From NCBI RefSeq assembly GCF_009914755.1, contig NC_060932.1: a stretch of DNA of 64,000 nucleotides. One strand, 5' to 3'. The translations under genes and the position numbers were made by a program. This document shows, piece after piece, positions 32,170 through 50,795 of this stretch. Below the pieces are notes generated by a model. The model did not search any database. It was not told the DNA's origin and saw nothing but the letters and a program-made list of their open reading frames with translations. Source of the stretch: the human T2T-CHM13v2.0 reference genome, Homo sapiens. The stretch's first letter is position 1, and every line of letters starts with the position of its first letter.

Positions 32170-34013
32170 TTAGGTTTGGTAGTGGATCAAAAATGTAAAT
32201 GGACCAAGATAATGGAACAGAATGCAGAGAAAAAAATCTAAATTCTGGGTTTAGGTGAGCTGAGATTCCACATCTCAAAACTTAATCTTCAGGAAGCCAG
32301 TGGGCCCCATTCTTGATGTTTTTGCTTTTACGTATTTTAGCCCTTGAATTATTTCTTACACCACTGCTTCATGAGAGGTGTGAAGTTCAGAGTATTACCA
32401 CATTTATAAACTAATTATAAAATGTAATGAAATCTTTAGAGGGGAGGAAAGAGTTTGTAAAGATTACCACGTCCTTTACTTCATCTGTTACTATTTCTGA
32501 CCTAGTGGTAAAAATACAAACTTTAAGGTCATGAAATTAGGCAATTTATAAATTCAAATCAAGAGAAAATCAGTCTTGCCAAGAACTTATTTCTCCAGTG
32601 GGGACAACAGAGTCATCAGAAGTGAATGGACAATAGCAAGTCCTATAAATAACTGAAATAACAAAGGATTTTGAATAAGCAGTAATTGATGGTTAAGCTG
32701 CTAGTCAGTTCTTAGACTTTGAAATGCCAGTTTGAAGTTTGTCCCAGCGAAATGGACTTGGAAACTTTGTGTGAGAGAAGAGGGACTACAAATCCTACCA
32801 GAAATTATTTGGTTGCCACTCAGGAAAAGATACACCTCCTCTGGGTCTTACGTCATTCTTCAAAATGCTCTGCAAAAATAAAAGCTCAATCTCAGTGAAT
32901 TTTACCCCTACTCCACTTACATAATGTCCTGTCCGCTACTCCCACTCTTAGTAGAAGTAAGGAAAAATCATGGACATACTTGGTAAGGAAAGAAACGCAG
33001 TTTTTAATAAAAGCTCCAAAAGTGATTGATGCGCAGCCAAGATGCAGTTCACTGGTCCTCGGGTGTATGAGAATGATGCCCACGACTGTAGTCAACTCTG
33101 ATCTCTCCTGAACTCCAGACCCATGTGTCCAGCTACCTGTTAAGACATGGCCATTTGAATGTCCGTGGCCATTTCAAACTACACGTCCAGAACTCCCCGC
33201 CTCTTGCTTCCTCTTTTCTTCCAGGTGCCCATTGTTTTATGGTGTCTGTGAATGGTGCAAGGGTGCCTTCAGTTGCCCAAACCAGAAGCTTGCCAATTAC
33301 TCTTTTCCTTTCCTTCTACATCTGGTCAGTCACCATGACCTGTTAATTCCACCTTCAAAACACCACTCAGTGTCACCGACCTTTCCTACCTTGCACTACC
33401 TAATTGAGGCCCCAGAGCCCTTGACTGCCTCCTTCCCAGGGCTTCCTTAGCTGAGTTCTGTGGCTCTGTACTTTTCTGTCAGCAGCCACAGTCATTGTCC
33501 TAAATTACAAATCTGATCATGGTGTCCCTTGAAATCCTTAAACGGTTCGCCATTGTCTTGGGGACCAAGTTCAAGTTCCCAAAGTGGCTGCCAGGCCTGC
33601 TGATCTCTAGCTTCATTGGACCGTGGCTGTCCCCGACTCCCACCCCACTGAAGTCAGCCTAACTTCATGCTCCTGTAACCTTGTTTTCCCTAAGTGCTGT
33701 TTTCCCTGCCAGGGATAGCCCTCCCTCCAGCTTCATTTTTCAGGGCTCAGTTTGGCAGTCACTTCCTCTGAGAAAACTTCCTTGACATCTGCCACATGTC
33801 CCTCTCCTACCTGGGCTAGAAGCCTCTCCTGTGATCTCCCGGAACACCCGGCACTTCCCCCATTGCAGCACCAGTCACCCTGAATGAGAATTGTCTTTGG
33901 CTCTTTTGTAGCTCGAGCTCCTCTAGGTAAGTGCTGTGTCTTCCCAACTGTATCCCAGAATTGGCCCCAGGCTTGTCGCATAATGCATGCTAAAAATACC
34001 TACTGAAAATTAA

Positions 34014-34241
34014 TGGCTGCTCACAGCGGCTCACAACTGTAATCGCAGCACTTTGGGAGGCCGAGGTGGGAGGATTGCCTGAGGCCGGGAGTTTGAGCCC
34101 AGACTGGGCAACATGGTGAGACCCCCATCTCTACAAAAGCTAAAAAGCTAGTCTCAGTGGCGCATGCCTGTAGTCCCTGGTACAGGAGGCTGAGGCAGGA
34201 GGATCACAGCCTGCCTGGGAAGTCAAGGGTGCAGTGAGCTA
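34014..34241 (+). mobile_element. AluJ, 3'-truncated
   Basis: Diverged Alu that abuts a Tigger-like fragment. Confidence 0.8.
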
Positions 34242-34242
34242 T

Positions 34243-34379
34243 GGATTTCAGAGCATTTTGGATTTCAGATTTTCAGATTTGGGATGCTAAAATGGTAAGT
34301 ATAATGCAAATATTTGAAAATCCAATACATCGTTGAAATCCAAAGCACTTCGGGTCCCAAGGGATATACCCAGCCTGTA
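34243..34379. mobile_element. Tigger4/MER46-like DNA transposon fragment
   Basis: GATTTCAGAGCATTTTGGATTTCAGATTTTCAGATT...AAATCCAAAGCACTTCGGGTCCCAAG...CCTGTA. Confidence 0.6.
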
Positions 34380-34918
34380 CTACAGGGCTGGCTGGCATGA
34401 CATCAAACATGGAATGGTGATTAATTTTAGCCATATAGCATTGTCTACAGGCTGGGGTTGCCTTCAATGACCTGAAATGAGATGGCTGGACATCGGAAGG
34501 GTTAGACTAAAATTCAGCCTTCAGAGAAAGGTGTGGAGAGCCTGAGGCTTTTTTACCAGTGTTCCTGAAAAGTTACCTCTACTGCCTGCTGAGAAAAGCT
34601 GCATCTGTTGAGAACTTTGTGCTGAGCATCAAAAGTGGCTATTAGTTACTAGCAGTCCTAATAGATAGTTCCTGATGTAGGAACCTGGGCTCAGTGTTGT
34701 TAAACAACTCACCTCTATCACAGCATTAATAGATTAGAGTCAGGATGCCAATTCAAAGCAAAAGCACTTTTCAGGAACCAGCCTTTCTTTTTAAATCAAG
34801 CATCTGAGGTTTCTTAATATTTCCAAAACAGTACCTTAGGATCAGTTTATATCATGAAAATCACAACTTCTAACCAAATCATTAACTACTGCAATAATTA
34901 GTAGTCTTAAAAATACTG

Positions 34919-35223
34919 GGCCAGGTGTGGTGGCTCACACCTGTAATCCCAGCCCTTTGGGAGGCCGAGGCGGGTGGATCACTTGAGGTCAAAAGTTCAA
35001 GACTAGCCTGGCCAACATGGCAAAACCCCTTCTCTACTAAAAATATAAAAATAAGCCGGGCATGGTGGTGCATGCCTGTAATCCAAGCTACTCGGGAATC
35101 TGAGGTAGGAGAATCGCTTGAACCCAGGAGGCAGATGTTGTAGTGAGCTGAGATCACGCACTGGACTCCAGCCTGGGCAGCAGAGTAAGACTCCATCTCA
35201 AAAAAAAAAAAAAAAAAAAAAAA
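34919..35223 (+). mobile_element. AluS
   Basis: Dimer with long poly(A). Confidence 0.92.
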
Positions 35224-37148
35224 TAGCAGTTTTAGTGGCAGATTTGAGAAATAACAGAATCAAACACTAGACAGTGTTGTCAGTGTGGCATATTTTGTTC
35301 TATGTGTATTTGGTAATTCTAATAATCCTGGTGTGAAGTTAGATTTTGAGCTTTAAACTATCCATTTGGGCATCCTCTAGGTTCAGCATTATGAATAAAT
35401 CTGTAAAAGAAAAATCCATATGCATTTCAGCCATTTCCGAAAGTTATTTTTAATATCATCTGTGCTTTTTGTAAGTGCTATAAATGTTCCTGCCAAAGAA
35501 TCCATATTTTGGGGGCTGTAAGTCAGGGTGAGAATGTATTGCATGAAAAAACTGTCGGTATCACTGGTTTCTTAAACACTGCCGTGTTCGACATGTGAGT
35601 TAATAAACAAATCACTGTTTTGAGTGAGAAGGAAAAAAGGGAGGAAGGAAATATGGAAATGTTCAGGGAGCCCTTACTGTGGGGCAGACCTTGAATTTTG
35701 AGCTCTTACATTCTTTAATCCTCACCACGCCCATTTGCAGTAGCAGCTGTTTCAGTGTTACAGATGAGAAAATTAGTGTTCAGTAAAGGAAACATGTCTC
35801 TGCTCTGCATTCTTACAGAGCAGCTTTTGAATTCCTTTGGGTTTGTGTCTGTAGCGAGGTAGCCCTCCCCTCCAAGTGAACCAGCCTTCACATAACACAC
35901 AGTCCCTGGTTGCCAGGCCACCTTTTTGTTCTTTGATGGATGTGGTTTTCTTTTTTATTAGGAAAACAAATCACGTATTAATGCAGTGAACGCAATCTTA
36001 AAGGCATTTCCAACATCAACTAACAGTGTTTTCTTTGGTTTCACATTTGTGATTTTTGCCATTTAAATGGAAGATGGTTGTGAGTTTTAAAAATTCATGT
36101 AAGAATAAGGGATCTTCAGTCCACAAAAGCACCTAGGACCCCGTTGTTCCATGCATTATTTTAACCAGCAGATATTCATTGTGTACCTACTACATGCCAG
36201 GACTCCACTGTGGTTTATAGCCTGCTATTCTGTTATAGCCTGGCCCTGATGCACATAAAGGTCTATTAAAAACTGTATTACAAGCCGATGGAATAATCAA
36301 GGGCTGGAGAACCACTCTACTGAAGGGTAGAGACCCCCAGACACCAGGCGCCACATTTTCCACTTTCTCTTCCAGAACCTCACTCTGCAGCCACTGCTGC
36401 TGCCAGCACCAAAGCGCTTCTCCCCAGGAGCGCACCCTTGGAGCACCCCCCTCCTCCTTCTGCCCAAAGGAAGGAAGTGAGTTTCCCTACCCTTTCCTCT
36501 TGTGTTACTGGTTCTTGAGCCCACATCTCTCTGGATGTGCCTGATTGGGGGCTTGCTGGTGTCCTGCCTGCAAGAGAGGCTGGAAAAGTGAGTGGAGCTG
36601 GGGATGGTCCTTTGCCCTCCTGCCCTCCACGCCCACCAGGACTCATAAAGTGGTTGATTCTTCCAGCCTAGAAAGAAGTTCAGATGCTGGGTTGCCAAAA
36701 GGAAAGATAAATGTCATCTGTGACTGGATCAAACATGGACATGGAACTTTCTGTCTAGCAGAAAGAGTAAACAGATAAATAATTGCATACATTATTAAGG
36801 TAAGTGTTAAGGAGAGACAGAATTATGAGAACCTATAAAATGGGGACTTAGCTGAAGCGGCCTTTAAACCAAGCCCTGAAAGCTGAGAAGCTGTGAGCTG
36901 CCAGGGGAAAGGGTGGAGAAGAACTTCCCAAGAATAGGGAACAGCAAATGCTCTCAAAGTCAAAAAGAACAGGAGCGTCGCTGAAAGACAGCCAGTGATG
37001 ACACCGAGAGCTGGGAGAACTTGGAGAGACAGCATATGGATTAGGAAGGGCCTTGGAGGCCACATCGACAATTATAGACTTTATTCAAAGGGTTTTGGGA
37101 AGTCACTAGAGAGTTTTAAATAGGGGAACAACAGGCTTAGGTTTTTAG

Positions 37149-37478
<330 letters not shown>

Positions 37479-38365
37479 ACTCTTTTAAACTTAGAGAATG
37501 AAATTGAGACAGACAAGCATAGGTATGAGATGACCAGTTAGGAGGAAGTTATTACAGTGGCTTAAAACTAAATTTGTGGTGGAGATGGGGGAAAAAAAGA
37601 TGGATTTGAGAAATATCCAGGAAGTACAATCGGTAAGATGGGATGAATGACGGGATATGTCACCCCAGAGTGTCAAAGGACACACCTAGCTTGCTTCGGA
37701 ATTACAGTTGCATTTCTTGAGGGACAGCGTCTGGTGGTCCAGAAGGAGGGTGGGAGCGGTGTGTCAGGCAGCCATGCAGAAGCATTGACTGCGCCATTGG
37801 ATACAAGAGTCGGGAACTCAGAATAGAGACCTGGCTGAGAGAGACTTTGGACTTAATTAGCAACCAGTGGTAGGTGAAGCCGCAAAATGGATAACATGAC
37901 CTGGGGCTGGGGGAGGGGGTGGAGAGAAAAAGGAAGGTCTAGGAAGAGCCCAGAGAACTCCAACATGGAAAGATTTGCAGAGGAGAAGCTAAAAGGAAGT
38001 TGAAAAGGCCAGACAGCAAGAGGAAAACCAGGCCCTGAGAAGAGCATTTTTCAAGAGCTGTGAAGCCACGTGTTTCAAGATCAATGGAAAGGAGGGACTG
38101 TCTGGCACATATTGGTTTCATCAACATGGAAATCATTCATCTTAACAGCTGCCCTTTTGGAAGCTTGCTGGAGATGGGAGTTAGACTAGGGTGCTCTGAG
38201 AGTGTGAAGAGGTAAAACAACGGGAAAACAGCAGCCCTTTCTGCAAAATGTGGCCCTGAAGGGGAGTGAAGAGAGATGATAAGCAGAGGGAATATGGGCT
38301 TGAGGAAGGATTTTTTTTTAAGGTGGGACAGATTTGAGCATATTTAAATACTAGTGGGAAGGCTC

Positions 38366-38760
38366 TGTATTGGGACTCTCTTGAGAAACAGAGCCAATAG
38401 GATGTGTGTAAATAAAGAAATTTGTTACAAGGGCCTGACTCACTGGTTATGAAGGTTGGCAAGACCAAAATCTGCAAGGTAGGACAGCAGGCTGGAGACC
38501 CAGGGAAGAGTCCATGGTGCAGTTCCAGCCCGAAGGCCAACTGCTGCAGATTCCGTCTTGCTCCTCGGGCTTTTATTCCAGTGAGGCCTTCAACTCAATG
38601 GATGAGGCCCACTCCACCCGTACTATGGAGGGCAAGGGGCTTTACCCAAAGTCCCCCAATGTAAATGTTAATCACAATCGCATCCAAAAACACCCTCGCG
38701 AAAGTGACCAAATATTGGCACCATGGCCCGGCCAAGTTGACCTATAAATTCATCATCACC
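38366..38760 (-). mobile_element. MLT2 (ERVL) solo LTR
   Basis: TGTATT...GAGAAACAGAGCCAATAGGA...GCAGGCTGGAGACCCAGGGAAGAG...AAGTTGACCTATAAATT...CATCAC. Confidence 0.75.
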
Positions 38761-39614
38761 GAGAGATGTGGAGGATACAGGAGAGGGCAGAGGGGGCAAG
38801 GTTTTGTTTCGTTTTTAACACAGAGAAGCACCAGTATTCCAGAAGCTCCCTCCATACCCTTCGGCTCCAAGGCCCTGATGGCTCCATAAGGAACAACAAA
38901 CGTGACCTGTTTTAATGCCATTCAAACCAACAAAGATGGCTTGTAACATGATTTTTAAAGCCATGTTTGCGACCACATTTAACACTTGCAATTACGACCA
39001 CGCCTGGTATGTGAGTTTGAGAACACATTGCCAAGGAGGGCTAAACTGTTCTTTATAGTCAAGGGAGAGGAATTTGAGGTTGAGTGTCAGATCAGCTTCC
39101 TAGGGGACTGGGAAGGAGACGGGGAGAGGAAGGAGGCAACAGATACTCTCTTTCTGAAAAGGCTCTGAAATGTAAATCTGTCCTCCTCTTTCTTCCAAAC
39201 AAAAAATCCCATCGCAGAGACAGGGTGGGTTATTTGGGGGGGCCCTCAGAGAAACTTGAATTTCACAACCGGGTCAGAATTGTAACTTGGAGATAGCACA
39301 TGGGAAAACTATTATTTTTCTCCATTATTTATTTATTTATTGTGTGTGTAGAGGGGGGTGGGGGGTAGAGACAGGGTGTCACCGTGTTTGCCAGGCTGAT
39401 CTCAAACTTCTGAGCATAGGCAATCCTCCTGCCTTGGCCTCCCAAAGTGCTAGGATTACAGGCACTCACTTTTTAAAATTTAATGTACATAAGGAAAAAC
39501 TTACTGTTCTTAGCGGACCGTTCTGCAGATTTTGACAGGTAGGTACAATTGCATAATCACCACCACAATCAAGATACAGAACATTTCCATGCCCCAAAAA
39601 TTCTCACATCTTCA

Positions 39615-39935
39615 TTTTATTTTTATTTTTTAATTGGTAAATAATAATGATACATATTCATGGGGTACATGGTGATATTTTGAAACATTTAATGTATGGT
39701 GATCCTATCAGGGTAATTAGCATATGGACCATCTCAAACAACTGTCATTTGTTTGTGTTGGGAACGTTTGATATCCTCTTTCTAGCTATTTGAAACTATA
39801 TGTTATTGTTAAGTATAGTCATCCCACAGTGCTATAGAACACTAGAACTTATTCTTTCATCTGGCTGTAATTCTGCATCCTATCCCCCTTCCTCTACCCT
39901 TCCCATCCTCTAATTATCCTCTGTTCTACTTTCCT
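39615..39935 (-). mobile_element. L1MA-type 3' end
   Basis: CATATTCATGGGGTACATGGTGATATTTTG...CTATAGAACACTAGAACTTATTC. Confidence 0.65.
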
Positions 39936-40191
39936 CACATCCTCATTTTAAAAAACAAAATACTGATTGGAGAACTGAAAACAACTTCGATGGTTGTTTT
40001 GTATACTTAATGGTAGTTTTGGATGCTCACAGCAACAGTCATCTGACAAACTTGTTTAAAAAGGGGGTGGGGCAGACAAAGAAACAACATATATTTACTA
40101 ATTATACCTGCACTGTGGCATCATAATTGCACAAATTGCATAAATGCTAGATGTATGCAGTTGTAAATATGCCTTCAAAATTCATTTTACT

Positions 40192-40508
<317 letters not shown>

Positions 40509-41305
40509 TTATTGGTTGAAACAGTGGTGTAAGAAACTCTCTTCAGCCATAGTCACACTTGGAACAGGATAAACATCTTCACAGAACAGAAGCAACAGGA
40601 ACGTAGAACCATGGATCAAGGCGAACGCAATGGCAACAACCTTCCGCGCTCCTATTAGGAAACCAGTGGTGCAGCTGGAAAATCAGGGCTCTCGGTGTCC
40701 ACATGAGGTGGGCGTGGAGTCAGAGAGTGTTGATTCAGCCCTGCCATCTGCCTGGAGCCTCCAGGCCTGGGCGAACATGTGGACCACACACGTTGTGTCT
40801 GGCTTCTTCCACTGACATCGTGTTTGTGAGGTTCACCCACACTGCAACACGCTGTCAGTTCCAACATGCTATCAGTTCTTCATTCCTTTTTATGGCGGTA
40901 GAATGTTCCAGCATATGGATATACACTCCCTAGACTTTTTACAATGAAATATTTTAGACATAAAAAGATCCACAAAATAATAGAATGAATAATGTGAGGA
41001 GTCCACAGCTTAGGGAGTGAAGCCTATTTGTCAATTACTCTATGCTTGTGGGAAACACAGCCTTGCTGTCATGTTAATAGAATTTCAGGAGGAAGCAGAA
41101 GTAGATGGGTGGGTTTGAGCTGCCCTCTCCACTCAGAAGTCCTTGTTTGACCTTGTCGTACTGTATGGATGTAGAACTTTGACAAAAATAACACTAAGTA
41201 AAAATAAAATAAGGTCAAATTTAGAAGTAATCAGGAAGGTTCCAATGGAAGTGAGCATGAGTTATTACTTGGTGTAAATCAAAATGGCTAATTAATTAAT
41301 TAATT

Positions 41306-41639
41306 TAGAGATGGTTTTGCTCTGTCACTCAGGCTAGAGTGCAATGACACGATCTTGGCTCACTGCAACCTCTGCCTCCTGGGGCTCAAGCAATCCTTCC
41401 TCCTCAGCCTCCTGAGTAGCTGGGACTACAAGCACGTGCCACCATGCCCAGCTAAGTTTTGTACACATGGGGAGACTACAGGTGCACACTACCACGCCCA
41501 GCTAATTTCTGTATTTTTTGTGGAGATGAAGTTTCACCATGCTGCCCAGGCTGGTCTCAAACTCCTGGGCTCAAGTGATCCATCTACTTCGGCCTCCCAA
41601 AGTGCTGGGATTTACAAGCATGAATCACTGCGCCCGACC
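41306..41639 (-). mobile_element. AluJ with internal partial duplication
   Basis: Dimer; repeated GACTACA...CCCAGCTAA segment. Confidence 0.85.
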
Positions 41640-42969
41640 AAAAATGTTTTAAAAAGCCTGTCTCTGCAGGTGGGGGTGAGAAGAAAGGACTCCTATAAGT
41701 GCTGGTGGAAATGGGGATCAGAAGGGTCTTTTTGGAGACAGTTGGCAGCATTTATGAACAGTCGACATATACCCTTTGGTCTTCGAATCTGACTCTTAGG
41801 AATCTATCCCATGGGAAAAAAACATACCACACATACCAAGTTTGTAATGATATGAGTGAAAGAATGTTTATCAGTGCTGCCTGTAAAGGCCTCAAATGGA
41901 AATGAGTGAAGCCTATCAGTGGGCGATGGCCGGATAAGCTCTGGTTCCTCCATATCAATGAATAGTGAACAGCCATTTAAAAGAATATGTGAGTCACATT
42001 AGATATCTTGCTGTGAATTTCATTTTTAAAAAAGCATGATGCAAGAAAGTCTGTAAAATATTATTCAATTTATATTAAATAGGGTCTACCCTCATTTATA
42101 CTTTAATATATGTATATGCACATAGTTGTGTATGGCATTGTATGACTGTGGAGATAAATGACTAATGGGAAGTGTGGGGATGGGGCCCTCATACGGTGGT
42201 GGTGGTGATGGGGAGGGTAGTTGAGGTGCCCAAAACAGCATGTATGACGTGTTCCTGTTTAGGTCAACTGACATACATGGGTGTGTCTATTTAAAAAGAA
42301 AAGAATTTTGTCAGGGTCGGGTGTTCTGGCTCATGCCTATAGTCCCAGTGCTATGGGAGGTGGAGGCAGGCAGATCACTTGAGCCAAGAGTTGGAGACCA
42401 GCCTGGGCAACATGATGAAAACCCATCTCTACAAAAAATACAGAAATTAGCTGGGCGTGGCAGTCAGTGTGCACCTGTAGTCTCCCCAGGTCCAATCACT
42501 CCTCCCTTCCCACCAAAGGACCAGCATCTGCCACCTCATGGACAATCCGCTTTAATTGCAAGGTTGGGTTTTCGCCTTTAAAACGCAGTGTTTCTCAGTG
42601 GCTTCTGGGACAACTCACTTGCCTATCAAATGAGGCTCTTATCCTGAAATACACTCCACACACACACACATATACACACGTGCGCGCACAGACACAGAGC
42701 ATCAAGGAGAACCAGAACTTTAGAAAAAGCAGAGTTCTGAACACTCATCTCCTCTCCCTCTTGAGACCCTGCCAAAATTACGGTAAAGGAACTTAAAAAG
42801 AGAATAAACTGATCCTTATAAAGACAATGGAAGAGGAGCAGCAGCAGATTTCAGCACATCATGGAAGAAGAATGCCAAGAGGAGTATGATCTCACCGTCT
42901 CCTCACATTGCAGTGAGGGCTGGAGCCCAGCAGCTGCTGGGCTCACTTTCTCCTGATGGGCTCTGCTTA

Positions 42970-43332
<363 letters not shown>

Positions 43333-43744
43333 TCAAGTCCCCCAGAAGAATTCTCCCTGTATCTTCCTGTGCCTGGCAGGAGTTCCGTTTGACTCTGGCT
43401 CAGCATCATGGCCAAAGGCAGGCAGAGGCAAAGGGAGGGGTGAAGGCAGGGTGAGGCCCTTCACAGAGAGAGAGAGACACACAGATGGGACAAATGATCC
43501 CTTCAAAGCTTAATGTCTCAGGCAAACTGACCTAGCTACTGCATAAAGTCAGTTTTTTGAACTAGGATCTAACTCATCAGGATTTAAATTTATTTTACTC
43601 TAATATGTGGTTTTATTGAAATTAATTATATTTGCAAACACAAATTTTTAAATCTTTTCTCATGAAAGTCAAATTCTGAGTGTCTCAAATTAATGCACTG
43701 ATTAGTCTCTGTGACTGTAGAAGTGTTTTGTTTTGTTTGTGTTT

Positions 43745-44445
43745 TTAAAATTGTGGTAAAACAAGCATAACATGCAATTTACCATCTTAACCATTTTTCG
43801 TGTACAGATCACTAGTGTTAATTATAAGCACACTGTTGTAAAATAGGTCTCTAGCACTTTTTCATCTTGCAAAACTGCACTTATTGAATGGCAAATCCCT
43901 GTTCCCCTTCCCCAGCCTCTATTCTACGACCACTCTTGTACTTTGTTTGACTATTTTAACATCTCATGTAAGTGGAGTCATACAGAGTTTTTGTTTTTTT
44001 GTGACTGACTTCTTTTACTTTGCATCATGTCTTCGAAGTTTATCCATGTTCTAGCATAGGACAAGATTTCCATCTTTTTTTGAAGACTGAATAACATTCC
44101 ATTGTATGGATAGACCACATTTTATTCATTCGAACACTAGTGGGCATTTGGGTTGCTTCCACCTCTTGGCTATTGTGAATAATGCTGCTATGAACATGGT
44201 GTGCAAATATCTCTGAGATCCTGCTTTAAATTTTTTTCGGATATATACTCAGAAGTAGGATGATTACAGAATCATTACAATAATTCTGTTTAATTTTTTG
44301 AGGAACCTCCAAACTGTTTTCCATAGCGGCCGCTATTTTACATTCCCACCAATAGGGCACAAGGGTTCAATTTCTCCATGTCTTTACCAACAACTGTCAT
44401 TTTGTTTTCGTTTATAGGGCCCATCCTAATGGGTGTGAGATGATC
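43745..44445 (-). mobile_element. L1MB-type 3' fragment
   Basis: TTTTGAGGAACCTCCAAACTGTTTTCCATAG...CATTCCCACCAA and GCTATTGTGAATAATGCTGCTATGAACAT. Confidence 0.75.
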
Positions 44446-44515
44446 AAGATTTAAATTTGTAATCTTGACCTTGACATGATTAATACCTAGTAAGATAAAC
44501 ATCATAGTTAAAAGC

Positions 44516-44518
<3 letters not shown>

Positions 44519-44547
<29 letters not shown>
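44519..44547. repeat. (GT)n microsatellite
   Basis: Direct reading. Confidence 0.95.
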
Positions 44548-44551
<4 letters not shown>

Positions 44552-45272
44552 CACACATAAGAAGAAGGAGGGAGAGAGGAGAAACGAGGGAGACTGTGCA
44601 GGTATAAAGTGCATATTTTTGCTAATTAGTCCTGAGAATATAGCTGGAATTCTTTGGGAATGAAGGATTCAGTGTGACATAGTGGCAGACACCCAGGGAG
44701 TGGAGACAGAAATTTTTTACTTTGCCATTGACTTGGGTTACTCTGGGGAAGCATGTAAATTCTCTGAGTCTCAGTCTCTTCCTAGTGAGGATTAAAAGAA
44801 ATATACACGTAAAAGAAGTGGGCCTGGCATGTATCAAACACTTAATTTTAAAATGTCAGCTGGAATAAATAAGACAACAAGAGGGGCGGGGCTAGGTCAT
44901 TGCCAAGTTCAGCAGGTAGCTGAGTTCTTTACTTTGCAGATGTTGCTGAATCGTTTTCTTTATTCTAAAATACAGATAAAGTTCACTTTGCACAGCAGAT
45001 GAGTTGAAGAGATACTGTGCCTGTGGGGAATGTTTTGTAATGAAGCAAATAAAACCGTAATGTTTTCTGGGAACTCTACATAAAGGAACCCATGGTGAAG
45101 TTAAATGTGATTTTGTAATACAAATAATTTATCTGATTGCTAACTACATGTTTCAATAGTTAGCTCCTTTCTTTCTGTCTCTTTCTCTTCCACCCTTTCT
45201 CCATCTTTTTCTTTCCCATCCCCTTTCAAAAAGGACTTCATGTTGCCATATCAAAGATAAGATTAAAAGAAC

Positions 45273-46107
<835 letters not shown>

Positions 46108-46322
46108 TTTTTTTAAAAAAATTAAAAGATAAATTGGAAGGAAAGGCAAAAAAGTATAGAAGAAAAATGTAAAGTTTGAGCAAATATTAATTCCCCAAAC
46201 ACAAATGTTATGACGAGAGCTTTTGTTAAAGGAAGGGTTAAACAAAACTTTGATCTGAGCATCCTGGTGTCCAGTGCAAAGAGGCAAACATAATTCAATC
46301 CATCAAAGTCCAAAAAACTGAA

Positions 46323-46327
<5 letters not shown>

Positions 46328-46358
<31 letters not shown>
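46328..46358. repeat. (AC)n microsatellite flanked by 15-bp direct repeats
   Basis: CCAAAAAACTGAAAG at 46310-46324 and 46361-46375. Confidence 0.9.
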
Positions 46359-46359
<1 letters not shown>

Positions 46360-47697
46360 CCCAAAAAACTGAAAGCAAGCTGACTGCATAGTTTTGATCA
46401 GTGATGCCTGAAAAAATATTTTTTCCTTAGAGGTGTTAAAAAAAAAGGGCACGTTCTCAACAATATCCCTAAAATAAATATAACACTGAATTTTAAAAAA
46501 TTCAGTGAAGTCGGCAAACCACAGCCTGGCTACTGCAGAAAATAGAATCTTTTGCCTAAGTTATTGTTGATCCCATCTTGTCCTTGTGAGTTCAAGATCT
46601 TGTGTGATTCTCAGAATTGACTCATAAAAAAAAACAAAGAAAAAGGGGACCTTATTGAACATTAGGAGCCTCATGCTTAACCTCAGAAATCCTACGGAAA
46701 ATACTTGATTATTTAAATTTGATTACCACCTGTAATACCAGCACTTTGGGAGGCAGAGGCAGGAGGATGGCCTGAGGCCAGGAGTTCAAGACCAGCCTGG
46801 ACAACATAGCTAGACTCCAACTCTATTTTAAAAAAATAAGTAAATAAAAAATAAAAATAAATTTGATTACCAAAAAAATTAAACTTATGTATGAGAAATA
46901 CCACAAACAAAGTCAAAAGATAAATGATAAATTGGGAAAAGGTTTGCCAACACCTACGGTAAAGAGAAAAATTGTGTCTTCTGAGAAGGCACCCTCCCCC
47001 TGCCCTAATTTGCAGGTAAGTGTTGACAGTGTGGGGAAGACCCTCTACAGAAGACACTCTGCTATAATTTTTGGATCTTATAAAATGTCTATGAAAGCCT
47101 TTCTCCCAGAATCAGCCTTATCTAGAGACAGGGCTCAACTTCCAAGCTGCCGGGACACCCTGGAGCTTGTAACATGTCCATGTTTGGGCAGGCCTATGGC
47201 CTCTACCTTAGTTCCTGATGCTTTAGTAGCAAACTGATGCAGTAATAGTTGGTCACGGCTATGAGGTTGGGGCGGGGTGGACCGGTCCTGGGCACCCCAC
47301 TTGGGCAATCTCTCCCTAACATAGGTTTTGGCTTCCCGTTTTGACTTGTAGATAATACCATTATATGCTTATTGCCTGCTGGGTCTTCCCAAGGATCTCT
47401 CCTAGGACTTCAGTCTCACCATGTCTAGCATAAGACATGCCAGTCTCTTCTCCTGAAGCCCCTCCTCCTGTTCCTTATCTCCCCTGGAAAGTCGCCACCA
47501 CTCACCTGCTCAAGCCCCAAGCTGGGCGGGACCTATACTTCCTTCTCTTTCGCTTCCCTGCAGGTCTGTTGTGTCACCGGTCTGTTGACTCTGACTCCAT
47601 TATTTTTCCAGCATCCTTCTACTTTCCTGTCTTCCTGCTGCTCCTCCCTTGGTTTGGTCACTATACTCTTTCTGAAATGCAAATCTGATCAGACCAC

Positions 47698-48002
<305 letters not shown>

Positions 48003-48296
48003 GATCATATCACTTTTTGCTTAAATCCTTTCAGTGGCTTACTGATACTATTAGTGTAAAGGCCAAACTCCTGCTCTTGTCTAGTGGGGCAGAAAACAAA
48101 TATATAAGCAGATATTTTGATACATTCTATAATAAAGGTCATTTTAGATAAGTACAATCAAGAAAATAAAAGTGCGATGCACTAGATGTGAGTGTAGATG
48201 TTAGTATAGTTGGATTTTGGGGAGGAAGATGACATTCATGCTGACCCCGGTCTATGAGAGAAAGCACAGCCAGGCAGCTCCCCTCCTTCCTCTCCC

Positions 48297-48765
48297 ACCT
48301 TTATTTTTGGTATAAATTGATGGTGTTTATGTGCAGTTTTGTTACATGCATAGATTGCATAGTGGTCAAATCAGAACTTTTGGGGTATCCATCACTTGAA
48401 TAACATATGTTGTACCCACCAACTAATTTCTCACCATCTACCCTTCCCCCCGCACCCTCTCAGTCTCCGTGGTCTATCATTCCACTCTTAATTTGCATGT
48501 GTGGACATTTTTTAGAACCTACTTAAGAGTGAGAACATGTGATATTTGACTTTCTGTGCCTGGCTTGTTTCACTTAAGATAATGACCTGTAGTTCCATCT
48601 ATGTTGCTGCAAAAGACGTGATTTCATTATTTTTTAATGGCTGAATAATATTCCATGGTGTATATGTATCACATTTTCTTTATCCATTCATCACTGATGG
48701 ACACTTAGGTTGATTCCGTATCTTTGCTATTGTGAATAGTGCTGTGATAAACATACAAGTGCAGG
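48297..48765 (-). mobile_element. L1MA-type 3' end
   Basis: TTTGTTACATGCATAG...GGCTGAATAATATTCCATGGTGTATATGTA...GCTATTGTGAATAGTGCTG. Confidence 0.75.

Positions 48766-50795
<2,030 letters not shown>

Noticed and set aside
46484-46507. Palindrome CACTGAATTTT-AA-AAAATTCAGTG
   Set aside because: An 11-bp AT-rich stem with no associated feature; plausible by chance or local fold-back mutation.
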